Shown here: positions 48,649-64,000 of the stretch, piece by piece
Position numbering within the stretch: position 1 is the stretch's first letter
How the letters are laid out: the number at the start of each line of letters is the position of its first letter
DNA from: Octopus sinensis
Lineage: Eukaryota
DNA: 64,000 bases
Reading direction: 5' to 3'
NCBI RefSeq assembly: GCF_006345805.1
Contig: NC_043018.1
Span: 4,402,001 to 4,466,000, forward strand
The notes under the pieces: generated by a model
Told to the model about the DNA's origin: nothing
The model's input: the letters and a program-made list of their open reading frames with translations, nothing else
Databases searched by the model: none
Program-made: the position numbers and the translations under genes

Positions 48649-51033
48649 GTGGGGGACTAAGTGCAAGGAGAGAATATTCATGAATATGTGTAAACTTGCC
48701 ACTAATCTGAATTAACCTCACTAATCTTAAAATCAATCAATGCAAGTTTAATGTATCCGGAGCTTAGCTTTCAAGACAATATTACATTAATAGGTCTGTC
48801 TTTGTCAGTGGTGTATTAGGTCAAGTTGGAGAATATATCAACAGTAGATCTCTCAGAGATTATCAGTACATTATAATCAACCACAAATCAATAGATGCAG
48901 GCATGGCTGTGTGGTTAGGTAATTCTTTTCGCATCTATGTGGTCTCAGGTTCAATCCCACAGTGTGACATCTGAAGACACACATCTTCTACAGTGGCCTT
49001 GGATCAACCAAAGCCTTGTGTGTGAAATCTGGCAGACGAGAACAGTGTGGGAATTGGTCAGAGAGAGAGAGAGATAGAGAGAGACTTGTCCTGTTCTCAA
49101 GCAACAGGTACCATCGGTCACCCAGTTTAACACCACCACCTGGCCTTTGAGTGAATTTAGCTGTGTCCTCTGCGTTACAAGTATTTGGGTAATGTCACTG
49201 GTTTGAGAATAACAACTTCCCTTGCTTCCTCACAGTTACTAGAAAAAGGGCTGTGAGCACTGCCATCCATCTATGAATAACCCCAATTGTTAACCAACAG
49301 TAAACATCCGTTAACCCCTTTGATACCAAACTGCCCGAGGCTGCTCCCCTCGTTCTAGTGATACAAATTGCTGTTTTAAAATGATCTAAATTAAAATCTT
49401 TCATCAGAATTTAATTTCCAAACTCCAGCTTAATAATCGGTTATTTTACTAAATTCTTCATTATTTTGAAAATTAATTGAAACAAAGGTAGGATATTTCA
49501 AAGAAAATATGGCAACAGAAGTGGTCAATAAACAATCATTTCAGTAATTTATTTTCCGTATTTTGTTTTTAATTGCAAAAAACAGACAAAAAATGCAATC
49601 ATTAAAAATTAACATAAATGTTAATTATTCTCCTTCATCCAGTCATTTATTCCTTCTCCAGTCGAGTGTCCAAATCGTATGAAGCTACATTATCTTATTT
49701 AACACAATGAGATCATCAACATAATTGCTCACTGTATCATTATAATACCTTACAGTGATGTATAACTTATTATGAGTTTGGGTCAATAGGGAAAAAGTTC
49801 ATGAAATATCATTATCCAAGGAGCTGGGAAGGGAGACTAAGTGGTTGTAATGAACAGCTAGAAATAACAGCCAAATCTCTATCAAACCACATCCTATCAT
49901 TTAAGAAAACACATTGGATACATGTAATTCTAGAAATGCTATTTATTCTGTACTTCTTTTACATGTTTCAGTCATTGGACTGTGGCCATGCTGGAGTACC
50001 CCTTTAAAGGGTTTAGTGGAACAAACCAACCCCAGTACTTATTTTAAGCTTGGTTCTTTTCTATCAGCACTGGAAAGAGGATAAACACACACACACACAC
50101 AAACGCACACAGACACACACACAGAGGCATATGTGACAGGCTTCCACACAATTTCTACCTCATCAAATTTACTCAGGAAGCATTCGTTCACACATCACTA
50201 CAATAGGACCCTTGCCAAAAAATGCCTCGCAGGACTGAACCCAAAATCATGTGGTTGCAAAGCAAAATCCTTAACCAAACAGTCATGTCTGCACCTCTGT
50301 CTATAAAAGAAAGAAAAAGAAATAAGAGTGGGTGGTCATGGCTAGAATGCTTTTAAAGCAGATTTGACTTGAGACTAAGCAACAACAACAACTTGGAAAA
50401 TACTGCCTAATTAAGTGTTTGAAGGTTGGTGAGAGCAAAGAGAAGAATCATCTCCTCAGGGAACTGGTCTTAAAAATTGTTCTTAAACATCCACCTCTAC
50501 AGCTGCCCCAACAACTAAATTTTCTTGCAGAGGACCTGACATACATTTTAAAGATTTGGCAGAGATTTCATTAATGGTTGTTGTTTAGCATCTAGTAAGC
50601 CACGATCAAACAGACCTATGATCAAAGACGCTCTGGTTGTGACCATCCCATCTAATTTTTCAAACATGGTCTACCTAGGAGCTTAATATCCAATGTTTAT
50701 CCATTTCTTAAAACTGCACACTTATACTATTTTATTAGTTTCAGCCTGTAGGCTGCAGCTATACAGATGTGATTTGTGGGAGATTAGGCTCCCATTTCTA
50801 GTGAGTTAAATGACTACATACAGGTTTCCTTGTTTGTTCCTTTGATAATAGTAGTTTCCAAAGCTTGGAATGAGGAGAGCAGTTTTAATCATAAGAGGAC
50901 AAGGACACAAGTAAAATAACATAGCAATCAAGTAATATTCCTCTTGGTTACTTGTGACATGATTTGTAACCCTGGGTCTACCCTTTTGAGTAAATTAGGT
51001 AAATAGAAACTGAAAGAAACCTATTGTGTGGGC

Positions 51034-52036
<1,003 letters not shown>

Positions 52037-52799
52037 CATACATACATACACATACACACACACATACATGCTACTCCCACTGCTGAAGAGGGAGCACCCA
52101 TCACACTCTGTAAAGTGGACAGCATAAGGAAAGGCATCCAGCTTTAGGAACCAACGCAGATCAGACTGGAACCTGGTGCAGCTCTCCTGCTTGCCAGCTC
52201 TGGTAAAACCATCCAACCCATGCCAGCATGGAAATGGACATTAAATGATGATGATATTTATGTATGTTAGTGTTTCCCTGGTGTTGTCATTGCACAATAT
52301 TTGTAAATGAGTGTTGCCATCATACAAGTAGCATAATTCATTTCCAATCTTCAGTGAAAACATGCCTTGCCATAGGAAAAATATTACCTTATCTGGAGAC
52401 CGGTGAAGTTTGGGGACAGGAAAGGCATCTAATTGTAGAAAATCAACCTTAATGAATTTCATCCAACCCATGCAAGCATGGAAAAGTGATGATGATGATG
52501 ATGGTGATGATAGAATATTAGTATGAATGGAATTTTAATAAAAATCTCTTTTCCTCCAAAATCTTTCAAGAAACAAGAAAGAAAAAAATGAAATGATTTC
52601 ATTTAATCAAAATCCTCTTCCAAAATTGTCTTCTAATTAAGATCAATGTCATTGAACTGATGATCCTTAATCTATCTCTTATCAGCACTGACGTCACCAT
52701 GTGGTTGCTTCTTAACTGCAGGTTTCCAGTTTCAATCCCATTGCATGGCACCTTGGCCAAGTGTCTTCAACTACAGCCGAAGGCCATCAAGACAAAGCC

Positions 52800-53718
<919 letters not shown>

Positions 53719-54167
53719 GGGCAGAAACTGAAAGAAGACCATCGTATATGCACGGGTGTGTTGTATGTTTGTTTATATCTGCAATGGCTTGTATGGAATT
53801 GTGGCAATTGGTGTTGTTGTCTGTCAACAAATCATCAGGGTGCTTCATTACTTCAAAACCTTGTAGATTAAGAGATCCCTTACTTGAAAAACAGGTAATG
53901 GTTTAAATCAGGAAAGGCATTTGGCTGTAAAACAATGCTTCAACATACTCTTCCAACCGATGCAAACAACAAAGAATGGATGTAAAATAAAAGAGCAATG
54001 AACAGCATCAACAGAATTCTTTGCTTTGTTCTAGATTTTGAATAAAAACTGCAAATATCAGCAGTGATAAATTGTTGAATGGATTTTTAAAAAAACTGAT
54101 GGTTTACTACTTGCATATAAGGGAGACAAAAAGAGCTCTTACATTATAATAATAAACAGGTATAGGT

Positions 54168-54595
54168 ACAGGCATGGCTGTGTGGTAAGAAGAATGTTTT
54201 TCCAACTACATGGTTCCAGGTTCAGTCCCACTGTGTGGAATTTTGCACAAGTGTCTTCTACTATAGCCTCAGGCTAACCAAAGCTTTGTGAGTGGATTAT
54301 GGTAGACAAAAACTGAAAGAAGCCTGTTGTATGTATATGAATGTGTGTGCGTGTGTGTGTGTATTTGTGTATGTGATTGTCACCCACCACTGTTGTTGGT
54401 GTGTTTACGTTCAACCGGTGTTGGTGTGTTTACGTCCTGTAACTTAGCAGTTTCGCAAAAAAGACCAACAGAACAAGTACCAGGCTTTACAAAAATGTAA
54501 TAAAGCACTGGGGTCAATTCATTCAACCAAATTCTTCAAGGCGGTGCCCCAGCATGGCCGCAATCTAATAACTGAAACAAGTAAAAGATAAAAGA
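54168..54595 (+). mobile_element. Full-length family A tRNA-derived SINE
   Basis: A-box-like tggctgtgtggt, B-box-like ggttcagtccc, (TG)n centre, 3' end ...gaaacaagtaaaagataaaag. Confidence 0.8.
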
Positions 54596-55907
54596 GTTTT
54601 TATACAGTTTAGTGACCTATTAGAAATGGCAACCAAATCTCCCTCAGAACAGTGTCCTATCAGTATCAGTAAGTAAGTATCACATTGGATACTGTATTCA
54701 TGAACACAATGTTTCCTAAACCAAGAGAGAGAGAGAGAGAGAGAGAGAAAGAAATGATGGTGAAGTTGGGACACTTCTGTCCAAAGCTCTGTTTATTCAG
54801 GGATGACCTGGAGTACAACAAAAACTACTTTACATCTTTTATTAAGTTAACATGGCAATGCAACAGTTTGAACTGAAGATATAAATATCTCCCATTTAAT
54901 CTACAATATTAACTCTTTTTTTTTTTTTAACACAGCATGGATAAAGAGGTTTCCATTGTTAATGAAGTGTTAAAAAGGTGGTAAAAGGTTAAGCAAAAAT
55001 ACCTATGGCACTTAACTCCAAATGATACATTGATAACGATATATCAAATACATTAAAATGCATCCTCAAAGAATAATTTACGTATAACTTACAGAATCAA
55101 TAAAAGTTATCTTCAACATTATCATTGAAATCTCTTCTTGCATTTTCTGATTGTGAATGTCATGCTTTTAGCAGGAATTGGATGATTTTTTTGTTTGTTT
55201 ATCATTTAAACGGGGGGGGAGGTAGTATACATGGATCTTATAGGATCTTTGAGACTGGAAGGAGGGAAGGGGAGAGGAAGGTTTTTCTAGAACCAGAGAC
55301 TTGGCCCACATACTTACAACGGAGTGAATTCAGTTAAAGATATCCAAGGACCAGGTGATGAATGTAAAAGAGGTGATGGAATTAAGTTTACCACCCGTGT
55401 AGATCAGAGCATAGTATGAACCCAGAATGCAAAGAGCCGGAATGAATGCTGCCAAAAATCTCATATCTGTCCATCCACTGTCCTGCATTAATATTTATCA
55501 ATACCTGAAGAGGTTAATGATTAACTTGGCCATAGTAGGATTTGAACTTAAAACACAAAGAGCTGAAAGAAACACAAGACATCCATCCGGTCCATCAATC
55601 TAGACTGGGATTTTATCTATTGACCCCTAAAGAAAGAAAGGCAGAGTTGACTCTGGTAGAGTTTGAACTTAGAATGCAAAGAGTCACAATAAATACTGAA
55701 AGGCATTTTGTTCAACATTCTTACAGATCTGTCATTTGTTGGCTCATATTTTATTCTGGTTATTTTTGTTTTAACTCTACGTCAGCTGAACAAACTTATA
55801 GTCTTCCATGCATGACCACCCTGTACTTCTCTCATGTATTTTGTTACATCATCCAAAGTCTTTCCCTCAACAAGATGATGGAAAATCTTTTAAGATCTGA
55901 TGAAAAT

Positions 55908-56448
55908 TATGACCCTGTAAAGGCTCCAACATTAGCAGTTTCTTTGTATGTTATAATCCTTACAATGTTTGATTGCAATAATGCCCCCCCCCCCCACTGC
56001 GGTGTGCAGTTTACTTAGTAAAAGCAGTAAAGACATGACTATCTTTGACCACCTACTATGTACTCCCGTACTTCATGTATTTCTCTTTACTTATAGTGAC
56101 TAGGTTATTCCATTCATCACATGGGAGGGGTGTAGCTCCCTACAACAGTATAAATGATAAACAGCTGGGTTTTCGAAGCAAAGCACTTGTCCATAATGAG
56201 GAAATAGTGTTTAATTTTTTCAAGATGAATATCAGTCACATTGATTTCATCTGTCTTGCAAGGTCTTGCAAATAGAGAGAAGTACATGAAGTACTCTCGT
56301 ACTTCATGTAGGTGGTCAAAGATAGTCATGTCATTAGTGGGTTGACTAAGTATACTGTATATGGAAGTGGGCATTATAACAATCAAACACCGTAAGGATT
56401 ATAACATATACAAAGAAATTGCTAATGTTGGAGCCTTTATAGGGTCAT
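55908..56448. repeat. Fold-back element with ~180-bp imperfect inverted arms
   Basis: atgaccctgtaaaggctccaacattagc... / ...gctaatgttggagcctttatagggtcat; inner arms gacatgactatctttgaccacctac / gtaggtggtcaaagatagtcatgtc. Confidence 0.85.
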
Positions 56449-56569
56449 TTGGCCTCTTAATTTTTATCACTACAGACTAAAAGCTTTGATGAAAAAAAAG
56501 TGAATAAATAGCCAAGGTCCCAAGACTTATTCACATAGCAATGAAAAGTTAACACTACTGCAGGATCAT

Positions 56570-57590
56570 CATCATCATCATCATTTAACATCCGCTTCCA
56601 TGCCGGCATGGGTTGGACGGTTTGACAGGAGCCAGCTAGGCAGGACCCTCCACCAGACTTCTGTGTCTGTTTTGGCAGAGTTTTTACAACTGGATGCCCT
56701 TCCTAACACCACCCACCCAGTAGAGTGGACTGAGTGCTTATTACATAGCACAAGCACAGGCGAGATCAGTTTTGGCAGGCTTTTTGCAGCTTGATGCCCC
56801 TTCCAAATGCCAACCACTTTACAATGTGGACTGGATGCTTTTTAAGTGGCACCTGCACAGAGAGGGTCACCAAGTAATTTTGCAAGACAAGGATCCTTTG
56901 AGAGGGGAGGAGCATTGGGGGAGGCGATCTTGTGTCAGATGATAAAAGGTTATAATGAGACAGAGAAATAGAAACAGGTGTCTTGCTGTAGGGGAGGTAC
57001 GTGATTACCTGGCCAGAGGTGGAGGGGGAGGGAAGGAGGAGAGAGATAGGGGAGGGAGGGAGAGAGAAAATGAGGACAGAAAAAGATGTGCTGCTGTAAA
57101 AGAGGTATATGGTTACCCAGCCTGAGGAGAGAGAGAGTAGAGGACAGCAGGTGTGCAAGAGAGAGCAGGAGAGAGATGGTGGCAAAATGTTAGCCATATT
57201 CACATGGGATGGGGATCAGAATATAAATGGGATGGTTGAGTAAAAGAAGAGAGAGAGAGAGAGAGATGGTGGCAAGTGCCAGGGAATACCCTTGAGGTAC
57301 AGAGGTCATAATATAAGTGGCAGAGCATTGCCAAAGAAGCATGTGTAGAGAGTGTGGGAGAGGGATGTAGTGGGTGGTGAAAACCTGGGTGTATAGTGGC
57401 AGGGAGCTACTGAATAGCAATGATATAGTGAACAGGGGGGCTGTGAGGACAGGATTAGGGAGAGAGAGAGATAAGCATAGTGAATGAAGGAGATGTGAGG
57501 AAGAGATGTAGTTTGGTTTGTTGGGGCTGGGTATGTGAAAAGTTTTCTCTTTACATGTGGGTGGAACACACAATGCTTCTAGCACTCACT
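56570..57590 (-). mobile_element. RTE 3' UTR-type element with a purine-rich extension
   Basis: (atc)n-tttaacatccgcttccatgccggcatgggttggacgg end shared with the other RTE tails. Confidence 0.65.
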
Positions 57591-60500
57591 TTCACTGACA
57601 TGGTGGGGGGGGGTCTTCCAAAGAACTTCATTATATAATGTGAAATCACAAGAAGTAGACATTAAAAATTGATATAATGATATTCTCTCCAAGATTTTCC
57701 AAACTTGCATGGATCAGCTTTGAGGCCAGATGCCCTTCCTGTCATCTCCCAGTCTATTTTACAACAACCAGGAGAACTGGAAGCAAAGAACACTGAAATG
57801 AGTTTTTGTTTACAAAGGTTATCATCGCAGCTTGTCAAGAAGCCTTCACATGCTTTCATTGTAGACAACAAGTAAATGATTCTATTTGTGAAACTGTTGT
57901 TTACAACCAATGAGAGAAATTACTCACAACCACACAAACATGCACGTATGGTGAGCTTCTTTCGATTTCTGTTTTCCAAATCCACTCACAAGGTTTTGGT
58001 CAACCTGGAGCTATTAATAGAGAACACTTGCCCAAGATGCCATGTCGTAGGTGCCACATGTTTGGGAAACAAACTTAACCACACAGCTATATGTATGTAC
58101 ACCCATCCTAAGAAACAGATATGTGGAAGTCATGGAGAAACTGACCATGTACAAAGACCTGGAGACCTAAACCATCAGGATGAGGAATGTGAAGATCTGT
58201 GGTCATTGGAATTCTTAGAATCCTGATAAAGTAGAGAATGGGAAAGTTCACCACTGTACCCTAGGTAATGTTACCATCTATGCATTCCACCAGATTGTCC
58301 TACTTCAGAATAGCCCCTATGTCACAGAGAATAATATCAATCTAGTGATATCTTTCCTGTAGCTCTTCAGGCCCATAGTTTGAACCTGACTTGGTAGGAT
58401 ATACAACAGGAAGTATTAAAGAATGCTGCCGCTGCTAATAGCAACAATAATAATAGCTTCAAGTTTTAGAACAAGGTCAGCAATTTCAGTAGGAGGGGTT
58501 TTAGTCACTTACATCGACCCCTGTATGTGACTGGTACTTATTTTATTGACTCCAAATGAGCTCAAAATATAAAGGATTGGAAGAAATGCTTAATCAACAA
58601 TTCTACAGCATCCAACTGTAGAAACTAAACTGAAACAAACTATGGAAGCTAGTGTGGCCCTTGGTCTTGTCAGCTGGTGTCAAGCCATTCAAGCCATGCC
58701 AGAATGGATTGAATGGACATTGAATGATGATGATTTATAACATCAGCACAAAGCCACAAACTTTGGGGAGCCAACAATCATTATTATGGCCCCAGAAAAA
58801 AGCATCAACTTTGGTGGAGTTTGAACTCAGAATGTAAAAGAAGCAACAAACTACTACAAGATGTTTTGTCCAGTATTTAACTGGTTCTGCCAAGCAGTAA
58901 TGATATTGATTCTTAATATTGGTTTCAAATTTTGGCACAAAGTGGTGGTGGTGGTGGTGGGGGGTATAAGTCAATCAAACTGACCCACATACTCAACTGG
59001 TACTGATTTTATCAACCCTGAAAAGATGAAGGTCAACCTCGGCTAAGCATTTTGTCCAGCGTGCTGCCTTATTGATTCTTAATATTGAGATGCAGCCAAA
59101 ATAGGAAGTTGGGAACAGTCCTGGCAATTTGCCCCTACAGCAGCTATTCAACATGTCTAGTAGTTTAGCTGATGAAATTGGTTTTTTGCTTAACTCCACC
59201 TCTTTAGCCAAGAGCCATGGCATACCATCAAGACATACCATGGCATACCATCAAGACAGGCACCAAAGTCCAATAATTTCACTCCATTGCTTCTCAAAAA
59301 CAAAGCAACCACATGATTCCGGGTCCAGTCCCACTGTGTGACACCTTGGGCAAATGTATTCTGCTAAGGCCTGTGTGGATCTGGTAGACAGAAACTGAAA
59401 GAAGCATGTTGTATGTATGTATTAATGTGTGTGTGTGTGTGGTGTGTGTGTGTGTGTGGTTGTCCCTCACCACACACACACACACACACACAGCAAAGTT
59501 ACAGGGACATAAACACATGACAACCGGTGTTGATGTGTTTATGTCCCTGTAACTTTGCTGTTCAGAAAAAGAGACCAATAAAAGTAGCAGGCTTAGAAAA
59601 GTAAAGAAAGACACTGGGACTGATTCAGTTGACTAAAAACTCTAAGAATTCTTCAAGGCGATGCTCCAGCATGGCTACAGTCTACTGACTGAAGCAAATA
59701 AAAGATAAACGGTAAAACATCTGCTCAAAATGCAACAACATGCTCCTGCAGCAGTCTAAGACTGAGAGAGTGCTTTGGTGCTAAGGCCATGCCTGGTCAG
59801 TCTGGGATTGTAAAATGACTTGAAATAACAATGTCAAGTACAAACGTAGGTACAAGGCCAGAAATCTGGGAGGAGAGTAAAACATTGAAATTGACCCCAG
59901 TAGTTGACTGGTACTTTATTTTATCAACCAAAAGTGAAATGCAAAGTTGACCTCAAAGAGAGAATAATGGTTTCTGACTTAGATGCAAGTGTTGAAATTG
60001 GGAATGGAGCGCTAGTAGGTTACATCAACCCCAGTGTGCAACTGGTACTTATTTTATTGAACCCAAAAAGATGAAAGGCAAAATCAACCTCAGTGGAATC
60101 TGAACTCAGAACATCAGAAGATAGATGAAATGTTACTAAGTATTTTTAAGTGGAATGCTAATGATTCTGCCAGCTTCACTCCCTCAGAGCCTAAAGAAAT
60201 AATCCTTTCTACTATAGGCACAAGACCTGGAAATTTATGGGAGTGGGTAAGTCAATTACATCAACCCCAGTGATCAACTGGTACTCTTTTTATCGATCCC
60301 AAAAAGATGAAAGTCAAAGTCAAATTTTGCCACAAGGGTACCAATTTTGGAGGAGGGGTGAGTCAATTGTATCAATCCCAGTGTTCAACTGGTACTTATT
60401 TTATCGACCCCAGAAGGATGGAAGGCAAAGTTGACCTTGGCAGAATTTGAACTCAGAATGTGAAGATGGATGAAATGCCACTCAGCATTTTGCCCAGCAT

Positions 60501-60649
60501 GCTAATGATTCTGCTAGCCCACCGCCTTAGAGCAAGTAGACATAATGAAAAGGCATTTTGTCCAATACTCTAAAGACTCTACCAGCTCACACCTTCTCCT
60601 TAATAATTTCTTTTATTAGTCACAAGGGTCCACAATTTTGGGGGACAAT

Positions 60650-61180
60650 ACAAAGGCAAAACACATGGAAGAACAAGAAATAAAAAAAATGAACTTACAT
60701 CAAATAAAAAGAATATGATAAACAATAAAAATAGAGTCATTAATAGTAATGATGACGAAGAGCAATAACAGGAACAACAAAAAAGATGCCCAAAATGGGT
60801 GGTGGGAGAAACACTAGAGTGTTTTGGGGTAACCCCAGATTACTAACAAACTGAAAGTAAATATCTTCTCTCAGTTTTTGTTGCTAGCCTAAGGAGGCAC
60901 AATTAATCTTGCATAAAATTCCTGGTGGATAAGATCCCCCTGCCTACCCTCACCTTCCTCCTCAAGTGGTACTTGAAGTTGATGATGACCTCTCCTGAGA
61001 GGAAACATGTCCTCAGAATTTTCCACCACATCCATCGTACAACATCCTTCACCATAGTCACCTGACAGAAGAAAACTACCTGCTGGTCTTCTTTGTTAAA
61101 GGGAAGTGGTGTTTGGATCTTCGGGAAAGACTCGGCCAACAACTGGATCAATCTGATGCATGTTACCAGCTGTCTGACAT
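60650..61180 (-). mobile_element. Degenerate 3' end of a Tx1/L1-like LINE
   Basis: ...KEDQQVVFFCQV.MVKDVVRWMW...IINFKYHLRRKVRV.R.ILS... pattern, followed by a UTR. Confidence 0.5.
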
Positions 61181-62708
61181 GAATTCACGACTAAGTATTA
61201 TCCCTACATCATGAGCCTGTTCAGTTATAACACAGCCAGGCCTGAACTGTTTATCCTAAACAGGTAATGTCATCCCCACTCTTGCAACACTGCCAGGCCA
61301 AGGACTTCTGGATATTGTTCATAATCCCCAACTTGATTTATCAGCTCTGGAAAGATGAAATGTGAATTTGACTTGAACAGGATTTGAACTCAGGACATAA
61401 AGGGCCAGAAAACATACCACATGGCATTTTATTCAATGCTTTAATCATTCTGCCAGTTCACAAACAATAGTGATAATGATTTGAAACACGAACACAAAAC
61501 CATAAAGTTTAGGGAGAGCAACACTCAATTATTCTGTGCCCAGAAGGCAAGGTTGGCTCTCCTGGGATTCAAACTCAGACTTATTACCAAAAGGTGTTTG
61601 TCTTATACATTACTGATTTTGCCAATCTATAATAATATTGGATTCAAATTTTGGCTCAAGGCCATCATTTTCAGGGGCAGGGTTTAACTTGATCCCAGTA
61701 CTCAACCGGTACTTATTTTATCGACCTCGAAAGGACGAGAAACAAAGTCAAACTCAGTGGAATTTGAACTCAGAATGTACAGATGGATGAAATGACACTA
61801 AGGATTTTGCCTGGGTGCTAATGGTTCTGCCAGCTTAATACCCTGCCAATCAATAATAATATTGTTTCTTAATACAGAGACAAAGCCACAAAATAAAATG
61901 CAAAGTGTCCTGGTGGTTTGCCTCTGGAATAACCACTCACGCTAACCCAAGCTTAAAGTCCTCCAGAAGACTTTATTCAGATTGTCTTTGTGGACACTCA
62001 GGATCTCTCTGAAGGATATCATGCACATCTTCCACTAACCCTTTATTTATTTATTTGTTTATTTATTTATTTATTTATTTTAATCTAATTATGAGGCAAG
62101 GCAGCATGTACAACGTGTTATGGGGCCTCTAAGCCTGGTGAGAGGGAGGAAGGCATCCTCAAAACTGAAAACCTGATTTGAATGCTTGAAACAGAATGGC
62201 ACTTCACTAAAGGTACTCAAAGCACCATGTGGTGATGTTAAACCAAGAAATTGGTCAACAACAACAAGTCCAGGATGGGATTTGAACTTAGAATGCAAAG
62301 AGCTAAAATGAATACCACATCTTACATTTTGTGCAAATACATCACCCTGAACTGTACCATTTTATTGGCCCTAAAAGGATGAAAGGCAAAGTGGGATTTG
62401 AACTCAGAATACAAACAAAGAGAACTGGAACAAATACCACCAGGCATCCGGCTGATGCTCTTACAGTTCCTGCAATCTATCACCTTGTATTGGTGCTTTT
62501 CTTATTGACCCTGAAAGGACGAAAGGCAAAGTTGACCTAGGTGGGATTTGAACTCAGAGCAAAGAGAAGCAGAACAAATACCATGAAGCATTCTGTGTGA
62601 TGCTCTAATTTCTCAAACAATTCCCCACAGAATACGAAAATTGACTTTTTGCCGACCATATGGAGGCAGAACAAGATTAGCCTGCTTTGAGGAATCGAGG
62701 TGACTCTG

Positions 62709-63016
62709 TGGAGGCACATGGCCTAGTGGTTAGAGCAGTGGACTCACGGTTGAGGGATCGCAGGTTCGAATCTCAGACCAGGCGATGTATGGGTATATGA
62801 GCGAAACATCTAAGCTCCACGCGACTCCAGCAGAAGGTAACGGCGAATTTCTGCTGACTCTTTCGCCACAACTTTCTCTCACTTTTTCTTCCTGCATCTT
62901 GCAGCTCAACTGCGACGGACCGGCGTCCTGTCCAGGTGGGAAACCTATACGCCAAGAAACCGGGAAACCGGCCCTTATGAGCCAGGCATGGCTCAAGAAG
63001 GATAGATTTTTTTATA
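62709..63016 (+). mobile_element. Young tRNA-derived SINE (third family) with a 12-bp TSD
   Basis: A box tggcctagtgg, B box ggttcgaatc; perfect direct repeat gaggtgactctg at 62697-62708 and 63017-63028. Confidence 0.88.
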
Positions 63017-63469
63017 GAGGTGACTCTGGTAGCAGTATAAAAGACAGAGGAAGGAGACAGCTTGTCTGTGGTAAACAGAGATTGGAGTATGCATCTGGCG
63101 GCATTCTAGACACCAAACATCTAATCTTGGTCTACACTTAACTCATAACTGCACTTCAGTAATAGTAATAATAATAATAATTCTTTCTACTACAGGCACA
63201 AGGCCTAATTTATCAGGAGTGGTCTAGCTGATTTCATCAACTTCAGTACTTGGCTGGTACTTGTTTTATTGATTCCGAAAGGATAAGAGGCAAAGTTGAT
63301 CTTGGTGGAATTTGAACTCAGAACATAAAAATGGATGAAATCTGCTGAGCATTTTGTCCAGCATGCAAGTGGTTTTGTCAGCTTTCCACCTTAATAATAG
63401 AAAAGTGTAAAACAAGGAAGATTTGAAAGAAACCAGGGAACTGAAATGCCAAACAGGCAAACAATGAGA

Positions 63470-64000
63470 GTGGTTGAGAAAGGACAGTGTTATAGGTACT
63501 TGGAAATACTGGAAGCAGACGAGATAAAAAAATGAAGAAATGAAACAAATTACCAGTTGGGAGAGTCAGAAAAGGATTGCAGTCAAAGCTGATTTCCAAA
63601 AACCTTATCAAAGCAATAAATTCAAGAGCCGCACCCTTGGAGTTGGAATTATAGACTGGACCAGAAACGATATAAAGAAACTTAACCGAAAAGCTAGGAA
63701 GTTCTTGATGATATATGGAGCCCACCATCCAAAAGTTGATATCAAATAGCTGTACTTGGGGGTGAAAGAGGCTTAATAGCAGTAGAAGAATGTGTACAGA
63801 TGGAAAGAAAAAGTGTAGCAGAGGATTTAGAGAGCAGTAGAGAAAATCTGCTAAAGTTAGTTAATAAAGGACAGGTGGTGAAACACATAAGAGAAAAGGA
63901 CAAGAGTGAAATACAAGGAGAGTACATCAGACAGATCAAAGAGAAACCTCTGCATGGCCAATTTTGTAGTGCCACAGAAGACGTAGGTGGAACAATAAAC
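63470..64000 (+). mobile_element. Degenerate R4/Dong-like LINE RT region, running off the window
   Basis: YRYLGILEADEIK...GIIDWTRNDIKKLNRKARKFLMIYGAHHPKVDI..LY...GLIAVEECV...KPLHGQF, with frameshifts and stops. Confidence 0.8.

Larger units (their letters stand above)
58450..63390 (-). mobile_element. Cluster of about 10 or more co-oriented family B SINE copies, interspersed with other repeats
   Basis: Repeated ...actggtacttattttatcgacc..gaaaggatgaaaggcaaagttgacc...gaatttgaactcagaa... blocks, all on the same strand. Confidence 0.75.

Noticed and set aside
54936-54978. Plus-strand exon-like segment (poly-T...cacAG CATGGATAAA...AAAG GTGGTA)
   Set aside because: An isolated acceptor with a poor donor; no partner exons or recognisable product.
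55091-55190. Minus-strand GTAAGT donor preceded by a short open frame
   Set aside because: No chorein similarity and no clear acceptor or start; it could be a UTR exon but I cannot support that.
62709-62785. tRNA-like sequence
   Set aside because: A and B boxes are present but there is no proper acceptor stem. It continues into a SINE body with a TSD.

Overview
Eukaryotic, AT-rich, microsatellite-dense genomic DNA. The repeat landscape looks like a coleoid cephalopod, probably Octopus (inference). The only host protein-coding gene I can support is a VPS13-family bridge-like lipid-transfer gene on the minus strand. Nine GT-AG coding exons (30317->811, 961 nt) splice with consistent phases into about 320 aa of the N-terminal chorein region: (G)NVELTDLQLKAEAL-YEFGLPVEVKGGCVG-KINLSIPWTKLF...RYEDTVTNVDRPFACG...LSVYWN...MKPISAHAK...YRKYHPNVP...AWWIYAYNAILEE...SWERILKHR. 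I did not find the start-codon exon, and the gene continues left of position 1. Everything else is intronic or upstream and dominated by mobile DNA: a Penelope-like element (RT + GIY-YIG) with an inverted pLTR, Tc1, mariner, a maT-like transposon split by an inversion, a Helitron carrying a LINE ORF1 fragment, RTE, R4/Dong-like and Tx1-like LINE fragments, a hAT MITE and many tRNA-derived SINEs. The most interesting unannotated signals are four hammerhead-ribozyme motifs of three unrelated sequence types within about 10 kb (31.9-41.9 kb), one type with a compensatory U3-A8 core; several fold-back elements, two sharing an asymmetric tail, one of those carrying a near-complete hammerhead; and stacks of (AAT)n-associated retroelements. 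No CRISPR, rRNA or true tRNA genes were seen. Exon and ribozyme coordinates were counted base by base; most repeat boundaries are approximate (about +/-20 nt). No database searches were run.
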